Positions 17,635 through 26,481 of a stretch of DNA of 64,000 nt are shown here, piece after piece; positions within the stretch are counted from its first letter, which is position 1; each line of letters starts with the position of its first letter. The stretch is from a virus (taxonomy: Duplodnaviria; Caudoviricetes), in the IMG/VR virus record IMGVR_UViG_3300033075_001504, positions 12,001 to 76,000 of that record; one strand, written 5' to 3'. Both the position numbers and the translations under genes were made by a program. Under the pieces are notes generated by a model. The model was not told the origin of the DNA. It ran no database searches and saw nothing but the letters and a program-made list of their open reading frames with translations.

Positions 17635-18110
17635 GGCTTCTCCGTCCTCTTGAGCTCGGCGTTGATCTCGCGCAGCTTGCGCTTGGCGGCGTTGATCGCC
17701 ACCTCGTGCTCCTTGGGCCCCTCGCGGGTGAGCTTGTCGATGCGGTTGCGGTAGTACCAGGCCCGGGCGGAGAGCTTGGTGCGGGCGGCGCGCTCCTCGG
17801 GGGAGTAGCGGGCCGGACGCCCCGGCAGCACCATCGCGAACGGGGTGGGTGCCGACCGCTTGGCCAGCACCCCGCGGACCCGCTCGATGTCGTCGGGGGA
17901 GTAGAGGTAGATCATCATCTTGCCGAAGGGGATGTACTGGCGCGGTGCGCCGTCCGGGTCGCCGCCCTCGGTGGCGTCCTTGATCAGCGCCCGCAGCGTG
18001 CTCTCGGGCACGCCCAGCATCTCGGCCGCCTCGGACAGCTTGTAGTACTCGCCCTCCAGCGAGCGGACCAGGCGGGTGGCGGGGTCCATCGGCTTGGCGG
18101 TCTTGGTCAC
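17631..18110 (-). CDS. HTH DNA-binding protein (MerR/excisionase-like N-terminus, 159 aa)
   Basis: YKLSEAAEMLGVPESTLRAL..LYSPDDIERV; GTGA overlap. Confidence 0.75.
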   Translation of the reverse strand: MTKTAKPMDPATRLVRSLEGEYYKLSEAAEMLGVPESTLRALIKDATEGGDPDGAPRQYIPFGKMMIYLYSPDDIERVRGVLAKRSAPTPFAMVLPGRPARYSPEERAARTKLSARAWYYRNRIDKLTREGPKEHEVAINAAKRKLREINAELKRTEKP

Positions 18111-18556
18111 AGCGTCTCGACCTCCACCTGGAAGCCGTAGCCGTAGTAGAAGGGATTGCCGCACGACCAGGCCACCTTCATCTCCAGCACGTCGCCCGCG
18201 TCGGCGTAGAAGTGCCAGGTGGTGTAGAGGTCGGTGGTGCCCACCCCGGTGATGATGTGGTCGATCTTGTCCGCGTGCAGGAGGAACTCCTCGACCTGGG
18301 TGTAGGCGCAGCAGTCCTCGATCCCCTTGACCCGTGCACGGGTCCCGTCGTCCAGGGTGATGACCAGGCCGGGGCTCCATCGTGCACCGTCCTGCTCCAC
18401 CGCGACGATGCGGTGCCCGACCACCGCTTCGGCGACGCGCTCCAGGCTCGCGGGCATGGTCCCGTCGTCCTCGGCCGTGGTGGTCGTGTAGGTGTAGCCG
18501 TTGCGGGACGTGACGGTCGTCTTGATGTTGAGCTCCTCCGCGGGGTACTCAGGCAT
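18107..18556 (-). CDS. Hypothetical protein (149 aa)
   Basis: Track ORF; EDCCAYT motif. Confidence 0.75.
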   Translation of the reverse strand: MPEYPAEELNIKTTVTSRNGYTYTTTTAEDDGTMPASLERVAEAVVGHRIVAVEQDGARWSPGLVITLDDGTRARVKGIEDCCAYTQVEEFLLHADKIDHIITGVGTTDLYTTWHFYADAGDVLEMKVAWSCGNPFYYGYGFQVEVETL

Positions 18557-18950
18557 CGGGGTCCTCCTTCACGGTGGAGAGGCTGATGGTGGGGCGCTTG
18601 GTCTTCACCTCGAGGTACTGCCCGGCGACCAGCGGGTCCACCTCGCCGTTCTCGATGGCGGCCTTGAGCAGCGGCTGGGAGAGCTTGGTCACGCTGACCT
18701 TGCGCCAGACCTTGGCTCCCAGCGCCTTCTTGAGCCCGCGCTCGTCCACATTGGCGATGTAGTCGCTCTGACTGCGGGTGACGCGCAGCTTGCGGTCCCC
18801 GTAGTCCACGGTGAATGACTTGAAGCCTGCCAGCTCCAGCAGGGTGGCCACGCGGTCCTGGGCGTCCTCGCGGCGCTCGGTGGCTGCGGCCTCGGCGGCC
18901 TTGGCGGACTCGTACTCCAGGACGGCCTCGGCGAGTTCTCGATCTGTCAT
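18549..18950 (-). CDS. Hypothetical phage protein (133 aa)
   Basis: Track ORF, coiled-coil N-terminus. Confidence 0.75.
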   Translation of the reverse strand: MTDRELAEAVLEYESAKAAEAAATERREDAQDRVATLLELAGFKSFTVDYGDRKLRVTRSQSDYIANVDERGLKKALGAKVWRKVSVTKLSQPLLKAAIENGEVDPLVAGQYLEVKTKRPTISLSTVKEDPDA

Positions 18951-18960
18951 GGACTCGACC

Positions 18961-19824
18961 CTACTCGATAGTGGGGAAGTGTGTAAGAGCCCGGGAGAGG
19001 ATGGTGACGCGGTCCTCGGCCTTGAGGTCGCCGAGGTCCTTGCCCGCGGGCAGGTTGGCGCTCTCGGCGAACACCCCGAGCAGGTCCAGCTCGTGCAGGG
19101 CGGCCCGCTGGCCCTTGCGTCCCCACTCGTCGCCGTTGAACGCGACGATGACGTGCTGGGGCTCCAGGCGCATCAGCAGGACGATCTGCTGGGGGTGCAG
19201 CACCTTGCCGTAGCAGCCCAGGGTGAGGACGGGAGCGAACACACGGGCGCACTCGTCTAGGTCGTCCTCGACCTCGGTGACCGCGACGTTGTCGGGCATC
19301 CCCTCGACCAGGATCACCGTGCCCGGCCAGCGCTCGTGGCGGCGGTGGTAGCCCGACAGGTGCTGGGAGGCGTCCACGCCCGAGGGGTAGCGGTACTTGG
19401 GCTTCTCCCCCGGCAGGCCGCGCTCGACCACGCCGAACACCTCGCCGTCGTCCCCGCGGAAGGGGTAGACGGCCCGGTTCTTGAGGTAGTCCCAGCCGAG
19501 CCGGTGCTTGCGGCAGGCCTCCTCGGTGAAGCGGGACAGCCAGTAGTCCCCGGGGCCGGAGCCGTCGAACTGGTCGAGCCAGGACTCGGCGTAGTAGTGC
19601 CTGCCCTCCAGGCGGTCCAGGCCGTCGATGGCGGCGTCGAGCAGCAGGTCGGGGTCGGGCTGGTAGTTCTGCGCCAGGCCCTTGGCCCCGCAGGACATGC
19701 AGACCCACTTGCCGGTCTCGACGTTTACCCGGGCCGAGGGGTTGGTGTCCTGGTGGACCGGGCAGGAGAAGGTGCGCCAGGTCCCGCGACCGGTGGCGAG
19801 CGCCTCCTCGATGGTGATCATCAT
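18961..19824 (-). CDS. DNA primase (Zn finger plus TOPRIM, 287 aa)
   Basis: CPVHQDTNPS..WVCMSC; PKYRYP; VILVEGMPD; AFNGDEWG; GKDLGD. Confidence 0.9.
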   Translation of the reverse strand: MMITIEEALATGRGTWRTFSCPVHQDTNPSARVNVETGKWVCMSCGAKGLAQNYQPDPDLLLDAAIDGLDRLEGRHYYAESWLDQFDGSGPGDYWLSRFTEEACRKHRLGWDYLKNRAVYPFRGDDGEVFGVVERGLPGEKPKYRYPSGVDASQHLSGYHRRHERWPGTVILVEGMPDNVAVTEVEDDLDECARVFAPVLTLGCYGKVLHPQQIVLLMRLEPQHVIVAFNGDEWGRKGQRAALHELDLLGVFAESANLPAGKDLGDLKAEDRVTILSRALTHFPTIE

Positions 19825-20060
19825 CGTCGGCCTCCTCTGGGGCAGGTGCCGTGCCGAGGGCAGTACGTCTTGCTCTCCTCATCCTTCTCCACGCAGGGGA
19901 TGCAGGTGGAACCGTGCCCCTCCGGCTTGACGGTGGCCTTGGCCGGGTCGGGCTCAATCCCGCAGAAGGTGATGGGCTTGTGGATCTCGCAGCAGGCGAT
20001 GTGGACCTTGGGGCCCAGTGCCGCTCGCTCGTCGAGCTGCTCCTCGGTCTTGGTGCTCAC
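19821..20060 (-). CDS. Cys-rich hypothetical protein (79 aa)
   Basis: HIACC..TFCG..CIPC..CPRHGTC; GTGA overlap. Confidence 0.6.
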   Translation of the reverse strand: MSTKTEEQLDERAALGPKVHIACCEIHKPITFCGIEPDPAKATVKPEGHGSTCIPCVEKDEESKTYCPRHGTCPRGGRR

Positions 20061-20311
20061 GACTGCCCCCTGGCGATGCGGGCGGCGTCCTGGCGTATGC
20101 GCGCTGGGGTGAGGGTGACCCTGTCCCCATAGAGGGCTAGGGGCAGCGCCTCGATGTCGGCGGCGATGCGCTCGCGGACCTCGGCCTCGATGATTGGGCG
20201 GGCAGCGGCGACGGCGGCGCGCGCCTCGACGACTTCCCACGGTGCCTTCGCATCGAACTCGGCGTGACGGATCGCCTCGGCGGCTGCCGTGACGGCGGGG
20301 TCGGTGGTCAT
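20057..20311 (-). CDS. Hypothetical protein (84 aa)
   Basis: ATGA overlap. Confidence 0.6.
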   Translation of the reverse strand: MTTDPAVTAAAEAIRHAEFDAKAPWEVVEARAAVAAARPIIEAEVRERIAADIEALPLALYGDRVTLTPARIRQDAARIARGQS

Positions 20312-20565
20312 TCGCCCATCCCCTCCAGGCACTCAGGGCAGACCATCTTCAGGTCGCTGCCCTCGTTAACCCCGCACACCGCGCACGGGATGGTGATCCT
20401 CTGCTGGAGGATGGACAGGTCGCGCTGGAGCTCGTTGAGCCGGACCTCCAGGGCGAAGTTCTTGCGCCACTCCCCGCGCAGCGCCTCGATGAGGTTCTCC
20501 AGGCGCTCCACGGACATCCCGCGGAGGCCCTCCTGCTCGTAGCGGATCAGATCTGCGTGCTTCAT
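20308..20565 (-). CDS. Coiled-coil plus Zn-finger protein (85 aa)
   Basis: CAVC..VCPEC. Confidence 0.65.
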   Translation of the reverse strand: MKHADLIRYEQEGLRGMSVERLENLIEALRGEWRKNFALEVRLNELQRDLSILQQRITIPCAVCGVNEGSDLKMVCPECLEGMGE

Positions 20566-20705
20566 CGGTACACCTCCAGCATGAGGACCTCGCGCGCCCT
20601 GACGTGCGGGTCGTAGCCGTGCTCGCGGCAGTAGTCCAGCCAGTCGGCGAGGTCGTCGGCGGTGAGCTTGAGGTGGAACACCACTCCGGCGTCGTCAGTC
20701 GTCAT
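20562..20705 (-). CDS. Small ribbon-helix-helix-like protein (47 aa)
   Basis: VVFHLKLTADDLADWLDYCREHG. Confidence 0.45.
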   Translation of the reverse strand: MTTDDAGVVFHLKLTADDLADWLDYCREHGYDPHVRAREVLMLEVYR

Positions 20706-21939
20706 AGTCCTCGTTGTCCTTGATGTGCTCGGCCATCTCACGGGTGATCTCGGCGAAGTTGGCGGTGTCGACGTTGAAGTGGGACCAGAACAGCCGGTCA
20801 CTGGGGCCGTCGCGGTTCTTGTCGAGCAGGTAGACCATCGTGGAGTTGGAGAACCGGCGCATCGTCACCACCACGTCGGAGTCCTGCCCGATCGCGTCGG
20901 ACTGCGAGAGGAACTTCGCCCGCGGCGGCCGCCAGGTCCCCGTGTCGCCCTCCCGGTTGATCTGGGACAGCGCCACCACGCGGGTCTTCTTGGCCAGTGC
21001 GATCTCCTTGAGCTCGTTGGAGATCACCGCCATGTTCCTCCAGTCGTCCACCGCCCTTCCCCCGGCACTGCCGCGCATGAGGCCCAGGTGGTCCACGATG
21101 TGCAGGTCCGCGGCGTCGGCGTGACCGGCGATGGCGGCCGGGGTGATCGTCAGGTCGGAGGAGTCCAGGACGAACAGGTTGCCCATCACGTTGTCGCGGA
21201 TGGAGGCCAGCAGATCGCGGTACTCCCGCTTGGAGTAGGTGCCGCCCTTGAGCTCGTTGAAGGTGACCCCGAAGTTGAGGCACGGCGCGAGCAGCGCGTG
21301 CATCCGCTGGTGCACCTGCTTGCGTGGCATCTCCATGCTCCAGAACACCACCCGCCTCCCGGCCAGGATGGCGTCGCGGGCGATCACCAGCGCGGTCCAG
21401 GACTTCCCCATCCCCATCCGGGCGGCGAAGGTCCAGAACTGCCCGGGACCGATCCCGCCCGTGCAGGCCTGGAGGGTGTCCCAGGGGACCGGCACGGAGT
21501 CCACGAACTCCCCGTGGTGCTCGAGGAAGCCGTCGTCGGCCAGCGAGTCCACCAGTGACTTGGTGCCGGTCACGGGCGCGAAGGAGTTCCACTCCAGCAT
21601 CGCCGCGTCCAGGTCGCCGAAGCGCAGTTGCTCGACGGTGGAGCGCACCGCCTTGGCCAGCTCGCGGCGGTTGTACTCGTCGCGGACGTCGTCGGCGGAG
21701 AACCGGACGTCCTCGTTGGGGGTGTAGGAGAAGGACGGGAAGCGCTGGACCAGCACCTCGGGGGAGGGGCACTCCCCGTAGGTCTGCTGGTAGGACATGA
21801 GGAACCGGTACTCGGCCTGGTAGCCCGCGAACATCTCGGGGGTGATCCCCAGCCGCTGGGCGGCATGGGCATCGCGGAGCGAGACGAGCGCGGAGATGAG
21901 GTACGCCTCCGAGGAGTGACGACGCACACTATCCCCCAC
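20695..21939 (-). CDS. dnaB: Replicative DnaB-like helicase (414 aa)
   Basis: Walker A AARMGMGKS, FWSMEM, IVDHLGLM, LSQINR, SDAIGQDSD, DKNRDG. Confidence 0.95.
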   Translation of the reverse strand: MGDSVRRHSSEAYLISALVSLRDAHAAQRLGITPEMFAGYQAEYRFLMSYQQTYGECPSPEVLVQRFPSFSYTPNEDVRFSADDVRDEYNRRELAKAVRSTVEQLRFGDLDAAMLEWNSFAPVTGTKSLVDSLADDGFLEHHGEFVDSVPVPWDTLQACTGGIGPGQFWTFAARMGMGKSWTALVIARDAILAGRRVVFWSMEMPRKQVHQRMHALLAPCLNFGVTFNELKGGTYSKREYRDLLASIRDNVMGNLFVLDSSDLTITPAAIAGHADAADLHIVDHLGLMRGSAGGRAVDDWRNMAVISNELKEIALAKKTRVVALSQINREGDTGTWRPPRAKFLSQSDAIGQDSDVVVTMRRFSNSTMVYLLDKNRDGPSDRLFWSHFNVDTANFAEITREMAEHIKDNEDYDD

Positions 21940-21974
21940 TCTCTAGTTAGTTTGCTTCTAGCGGTCGGAGCCCG

Positions 21975-22020
21975 AACGTATCGCGCCCTGGATGCGAAGG
22001 TCGATAGTCAGTTCTGACTA
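21975..22020 (-). promoter_or_regulatory. Replication-operon promoter (TCGACC-N18-TACGTT) with abutting perfect palindrome TAGTCAGTTCTGACTA (22005-22020)
   Basis: Read directly from sequence. Confidence 0.6.
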
Positions 22021-22095
22021 TGCCCGTGGTGCGGACCTCCACGGTCGTCCGCGGCCGTCGGCGGACACAACCTCGGGAAAGCAGCAGGCCCGCCC

Positions 22096-22124
22096 TTGAC
22101 CGGAGTCGAGAGCGGGCCTACCGT
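22096..22124 (+). promoter_or_regulatory. SigA-type promoter TTGACC-N17-TACCGT
   Basis: Consensus spacing; flanked by inverted repeat AGGCCCGC/GCGGGCCT. Confidence 0.55.
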
Positions 22125-22374
22125 GCGTTTCGTCCAAGAAGCCGCGGATGGAGCGTATCAACTCCTCTGCGGCGAGATCCAGACCCGCAGGAGTCGAGTT
22201 GCCGCCATAGCCGCCGCATCGCGGCGTAGGTCCCCGCGCGCGAAGTAGGGACCAGCGGTTGACCAGTATGCCGGAGGAAGCACTGGCCCCGCCTCGTGTC
22301 CCACGCGGGCGCAGGTAGGGCAGCTATGCCTCGGACCGGTGGTTGGAAGCCGCTCTGAAGGGCAGTGCCCCACC

Positions 22375-22581
22375 ATGTCCACCTTCCCCAATCACCTTCT
22401 AATCCTCATCAAGACCCTCTATCCTGAGTCCGTGGTCGAGATGGAGGACTTCGCCGAGTGCAGCAGGTGCGAGTGCCTGCTGTTCCCTGGCGACCTCGCT
22501 CTCCCCGTCACCGAGGACACCATCCTCTGTGAGAAGTGCGGCCATACCCTTGCGTCCCGCAGGGTGGTCGTATACACTTAG
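22375..22581 (+). CDS. Small Zn-finger protein (68 aa)
   Basis: CSRCEC..CEKC. Confidence 0.5.
   Translation: MSTFPNHLLILIKTLYPESVVEMEDFAECSRCECLLFPGDLALPVTEDTILCEKCGHTLASRRVVVYT
22550..22578 (+). promoter_or_regulatory. SigA-type promoter TTGCGT-N17-TACACT
   Basis: Consensus spacing, upstream of hairpin leader and first accessory gene. Confidence 0.65.
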
Positions 22582-22620
22582 ATCAGAACGTCGCGGACAG
22601 TCATGCCCGCGATGAAGCCA

Positions 22621-22659
22621 CGAAGGCCCCCGCAGAAGCACACGCTGCGGGGGTCTTCG
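22621..22659 (+). terminator. 15-bp leader hairpin (terminator/attenuator-like)
   Basis: cgaaggcccccgcag / ctgcgggggtcttcg. Confidence 0.6.
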
Positions 22660-22678
22660 TCGTATCGGGAGGTTCGAC

Positions 22679-23077
22679 ATGAGTGACACGAAGGTTCTGC
22701 ACTTCGGGATCTACCCGCTCGACCGGGAGGACGAGGCTTGCTTCAGCGGCTTCAAGGACTCCACAACCGCCAAGGACTACTGGTTCAAGACGCTGGTAGG
22801 TCCGGTGACCGTCCAGATCGAGGGCTCCTGGAAGTGCTGGGGGACCGCCGACCAGGACACCGACGGGGACAACAGCCTGCACCTGTGGATGTACGTCTCC
22901 CCGCGGGTGCAGCCCAACATCCTCGGGATCGTGTGGAACGAGATCGACCGCATCGCGCGGGAGAGCGGCAACGCCGCGCTCGACTTCGCGATCCTCACCA
23001 CCGAGGACTGGTCCGAAGTGGAGTCCGTCCTGACCTTCCGGGGCGGGTGCTTCCAGTACGCCGTGAAGGAGGCGTGA
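22679..23077 (+). CDS. Hypothetical protein (132 aa)
   Basis: Track ORF, GGAGG RBS. Confidence 0.8.
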   Translation: MSDTKVLHFGIYPLDREDEACFSGFKDSTTAKDYWFKTLVGPVTVQIEGSWKCWGTADQDTDGDNSLHLWMYVSPRVQPNILGIVWNEIDRIARESGNAALDFAILTTEDWSEVESVLTFRGGCFQYAVKEA

Positions 23078-23514
23078 TGTTCATCAGCATGTACTTCGAC
23101 CGGCAGGGACGGCCCATCACCCAGGATGAGTGGACCCACCTGTTCTCCGACGTGGCCTACAAGCGCGTGGCGGCCGACACCATCTGGTGGAAGGAGCGGT
23201 ACTCCCGCTTCCGCGTCCTCGACGTGCTCATCACGGTCTGGCGGGTGCTGTGGAACAAGCCCGTCCGCAAGTACGAGGTCTGGGTCTCCACCGTCTGGAT
23301 GGGTCTGGACCACGGATACCGGGCCACCGTCCCGATCATCTTCGAGACGATGGTCTTCGCCGAGGACGTGCCGCTCTGGGACGACTTCCAGGAGCGGTAC
23401 TCCACCGAGGAGGAGGCACGCCAGGCGCACGAGTCCATCGTGGCCTGCATCCGCGCGGGCGGCTCGCCCGAGCGCTGGTGGAAGGACAACCCGTACCGAG
23501 AGGACGCCATCTGA
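23077..23514 (+). CDS. Hypothetical phage protein (145 aa)
   Basis: VSTVWMGLDH..IFETMVF..RYSTEEEA; TGATG overlap. Confidence 0.8.
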   Translation: MFISMYFDRQGRPITQDEWTHLFSDVAYKRVAADTIWWKERYSRFRVLDVLITVWRVLWNKPVRKYEVWVSTVWMGLDHGYRATVPIIFETMVFAEDVPLWDDFQERYSTEEEARQAHESIVACIRAGGSPERWWKDNPYREDAI

Positions 23515-23615
23515 TGCTCGACATGTGGCCCTGGCTGGCAGTCTGCGCAGCCGTCTCCGCAGCGATCGTCTACGCCTACAAACTCGGCGTGGAGGTCGGG
23601 AAGGACAAGCGATGA
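23514..23615 (+). CDS. Small membrane protein (33 aa)
   Basis: One TM segment; overlaps at both ends. Confidence 0.55.
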   Translation: MLDMWPWLAVCAAVSAAIVYAYKLGVEVGKDKR

Positions 23616-24055
23616 GGTTCGACAGCAGCATGGTCCCGACGAGCTACCTGCGGGACTACTGCCCGCCCGGCAAGCTCCCCGAGGGTCTCGAGGTCGAGGT
23701 CCTGCTCAAGGGGAAGATCAACAGCCGCGGCAACTTCGTGGCCGTTCTTCCCGACGATTCCGACGTGATGAGCGGGTACGGGCCCGAACAGAGGTTCGCC
23801 AGTATCTCCATCACCTGGCGGTCGCTGTTCGCGCTTCCGCGCGAGCAGGTCGCCGTCAAGGACGAGGGCCCTCCCCCGGGCTCGGTCCGGGTGGACCGTG
23901 CCGGGCTGCTCTGGATGCGGGTGGGCGATGCGTGGACCCGGCTCTCCACCACCGGCCATGCGTACGCCGTCCAGACCCGCCTGCTGTGGCCGGAGCTCCA
24001 GCGCGAGCGCGGGCCGATGAAGCCGATCCCCGAGGAGATCGGAGGAGCTCGGTGA
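23612..24055 (+). CDS. Hypothetical protein (147 aa)
   Basis: ATGA overlap. Confidence 0.7.
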   Translation: MRFDSSMVPTSYLRDYCPPGKLPEGLEVEVLLKGKINSRGNFVAVLPDDSDVMSGYGPEQRFASISITWRSLFALPREQVAVKDEGPPPGSVRVDRAGLLWMRVGDAWTRLSTTGHAYAVQTRLLWPELQRERGPMKPIPEEIGGAR

Positions 24056-24204
24056 TCCCGGTCGTCGTGGCCGGGATCGTGATCGGGCTGGTGTTGCTGG
24101 CGATCCTGCTGATCAACACCGCGCCCGCCCAGGAGGACCTCGGGTTCACCGACCCTCCTTCCCTGCTCGACGACCTGGACACCGACGAAGGGACACCGTG
24201 GTAA
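24052..24204 (+). CDS. Small membrane protein (50 aa)
   Basis: IPVVVAGIVIGLVLLAILLI. Confidence 0.6.
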   Translation: MIPVVVAGIVIGLVLLAILLINTAPAQEDLGFTDPPSLLDDLDTDEGTPW

Positions 24205-24389
24205 CCCACCGCCGCAAGGCGAACAAGCTCCATCGCTGCGGTTCGTGCGACGCCGCAATCAGACCTGGGGAGGCCTACCTGATCCACACGGCCTTCCCGA
24301 GCGACCTTCTGTGGTCTGGGGCGAAGCCGCAGCAGATCAAGGAGTGCGCTACGTGCGCCACGAGGTACGGGCGAGGAGGCCTGTTGTGA
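24198..24389 (+). CDS. Small Zn-finger protein (63 aa)
   Basis: HRCGSC..ECATC. Confidence 0.65.
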   Translation: MVTHRRKANKLHRCGSCDAAIRPGEAYLIHTAFPSDLLWSGAKPQQIKECATCATRYGRGGLL

Positions 24390-24721
24390 TCGACCCCTAT
24401 GCGGACCTGATGACCGAGCGGTACCAGGGGGTGCTCCCCGGCTGGAACGAGGAGCGCCTGGTCTGGACGGTCAAGGAGACCGACCGCTTCTACGTCGAGG
24501 TGATGCCGCTGCTGTTCACGGCGGCCATCGTCCTCACCGACAAGATGCACCCCGAGACCTACACCGACCGGTGGTGCTACGGCTCGCCGCAGGCGGCCTG
24601 GACCGCAGCGCTCGCCTGGGACCCCGACACGGTGATGGAGCCCGACGGGTGGCACCGCCACCCCAGCACCGGCCGCCGTCGCCCCGACGGTGATTGGAGG
24701 AAGGAGTACGTCAACCCGTGA
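24386..24721 (+). CDS. Hypothetical phage protein (111 aa)
   Basis: DRWCY..EPDGWHRHPSTGRRRPDGD; GTGA overlap. Confidence 0.75.
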   Translation: MIDPYADLMTERYQGVLPGWNEERLVWTVKETDRFYVEVMPLLFTAAIVLTDKMHPETYTDRWCYGSPQAAWTAALAWDPDTVMEPDGWHRHPSTGRRRPDGDWRKEYVNP

Positions 24722-25245
24722 ATCGCACCTACAACAAGTACGACTGGGCCCAGCACGTCGCCAAGAAGATCCACGACTTCTACGAGGACGCCTGGGACCA
24801 CCTGGAGGCGGAGTACGGGGACGACATCTGGGAGATGTGCGCGGACGGCTGGGCCAGCCGGACCATGATGATGGTCGAGCTGCACTGCTTCGCCCTGCGC
24901 AGGCTGGAGGAGTACCGCGGCACGCACACCGGCCAGGCCCACCTCTCGCTGAGCGAGTTCATCACCTTCAACCCGTCCGCCGAGGAGTTCGCTGAGGACT
25001 TCTGGGAGAACCGCACAGTGGTGGACAGCAACAACGCGCAGCGGCTGGTCTACGCGGCCGACGACGGGGAGGGCATCCTCACCCAGCCGACCGTGGCGGC
25101 CGACATGCTCGCGCACTACGGGTCCAGTTGGGCCGACCTCTCCGACGCCGAGTTCGAGGACGTCTGGAGGGCCCACTCCCTGGAGGTCCGGCACCGGGCC
25201 ATCAACCATCAGATCGAGGCCTCGGCAGATGCCTTGACGTTTTGA
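24718..25245 (+). CDS. Acidic hypothetical protein (175 aa)
   Basis: GTGA overlap. Confidence 0.75.
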   Translation: MNRTYNKYDWAQHVAKKIHDFYEDAWDHLEAEYGDDIWEMCADGWASRTMMMVELHCFALRRLEEYRGTHTGQAHLSLSEFITFNPSAEEFAEDFWENRTVVDSNNAQRLVYAADDGEGILTQPTVAADMLAHYGSSWADLSDAEFEDVWRAHSLEVRHRAINHQIEASADALTF

Positions 25246-25262
25246 TGGGAAGGTGCCATACT
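25234..25262 (+). promoter_or_regulatory. SigA-type promoter TTGACG-N17-CATACT
   Basis: Consensus spacing, intergenic. Confidence 0.7.
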
Positions 25263-25381
25263 GTGACGTGTTCAGCCGCATCAGGTCGCCTGCTCTGCGC
25301 AGAACACAGCACGTAGCACGACCGCTCTACCCAGCCTCGGCCCATCCGGTCCGGGGCTTTCGTCATGTCTGGAGGTTCCGA

Positions 25382-25606
25382 ATGAGCAGTGACAAGGAAG
25401 TGCGCCTGGACGCCATGAAGGTCGGCTTCCTGGCGGGCTACAACCAGGCGATCATCGAGCTGATGGAGATGCTCGGCGACCGCAACGCGCCGCATCTCTC
25501 GGAGGACGACCTCATCGCCTTCGCCGAGGCCTCGATCAAGGGCGCGGACCAGGAGTCCTGGGACAAGCTCAAGACCGAGGTCATCGACCGCCTGTTCGGG
25601 CCATGA
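25382..25606 (+). CDS. Hypothetical protein (74 aa)
   Basis: GGAGG RBS then MSSDKEVRL. Confidence 0.7.
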   Translation: MSSDKEVRLDAMKVGFLAGYNQAIIELMEMLGDRNAPHLSEDDLIAFAEASIKGADQESWDKLKTEVIDRLFGP

Positions 25607-25779
25607 GCTTCCTCCAGGGCCTGGGCGTCCTGTTCTACGCACTCATCATCGCCTCGTCCTACTGGGGCGTGGTAGTCCTCGGTCTGCTGTTCCCGCTGAT
25701 CCTTCCGTGGGTGCTGCTGGCCATGCTCGCGCTGGTCCCGTTCGCGGTGGTCTGGCGCCTGGTGAAGGGAACGGAATGA
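25603..25779 (+). CDS. Two-TM membrane protein (58 aa), absent from track
   Basis: MSFLQGLGVLFYALIIASSYWGVVVLGLLFPLILPWVLLAMLALVPFAVVWRLVKGTE; ATGA overlaps at both ends. Confidence 0.7.
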   Translation: MSFLQGLGVLFYALIIASSYWGVVVLGLLFPLILPWVLLAMLALVPFAVVWRLVKGTE

Positions 25780-26000
25780 AGAAGGGTGTCTGGGCGCTCC
25801 GGGTGCTGATCCTCGTGATCTGCATCGTGTTCTTCGGGGTCGCCGTCATGCGCCAGAACTGGCTGGCCTGCTCCGGGTGGCTCTTCGCCTGGATCTACGC
25901 CTACCTGTGGTCGCGCGCCGAGGACCGGTGCGAGGACCTCATCGAGAAGACGAACAACGTCATCAACATCAACGAGCGTCTGCGCAGGGGCCAGTTGTGA
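25776..26000 (+). CDS. Membrane protein (74 aa)
   Basis: Two hydrophobic segments. Confidence 0.7.
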   Translation: MKKGVWALRVLILVICIVFFGVAVMRQNWLACSGWLFAWIYAYLWSRAEDRCEDLIEKTNNVININERLRRGQL

Positions 26001-26197
26001 TCTGGCTGCTCCTGCTCGGCGTCACGATCGACATCCTGCTCGCGACCTATGGATGGAAGGAACGGAACGTCATGAAGGACTTCTTCATCGAGCACCGCGG
26101 CGAGGCCGTCGCGGTGGCGGCAGGAGTGGTGCTCGCCATCCTCCTGCTCATCGTGGTCATGGTCTACGGGGCCCTGGACTGGGGGTCGGGACTGTGA
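25997..26197 (+). CDS. Membrane protein (66 aa)
   Basis: GTGA overlap; hydrophobic. Confidence 0.6.
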   Translation: MIWLLLLGVTIDILLATYGWKERNVMKDFFIEHRGEAVAVAAGVVLAILLLIVVMVYGALDWGSGL

Positions 26198-26481
26198 GCA
26201 CCGAGACGACGAGCGCGGTGGAGACCCTGCTCACCGTGAAGGGCTTCATCCACATGCTCCTGGCGGGACTGGAGGACGGGTCCTGGACCGAGGACCAGAA
26301 GATGCTGTTCTCCGCGGACCCCGAGGGCAACCGCTACATCGGGTTCACCAACGAGATCGGCTACGCCCCCACCAAGGTCGTGGACGGGAGGTTCGCCCCC
26401 GAGACCGTGATCGTGTCGAACGCCGAGGAGTTCAACGCCACCATCATCTTCCCGACCTACGAGATCGACCCGGAGGTCTGA
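26194..26481 (+). CDS. Hypothetical protein (95 aa)
   Basis: GTGA overlap. Confidence 0.7.
   Translation: MSTETTSAVETLLTVKGFIHMLLAGLEDGSWTEDQKMLFSADPEGNRYIGFTNEIGYAPTKVVDGRFAPETVIVSNAEEFNATIIFPTYEIDPEV

Noticed and set aside
22158-22391. Minus-strand 77-aa ORF in the divergence region
   Set aside because: Overlaps the rightward leader, no RBS; a single CxxC is insufficient support
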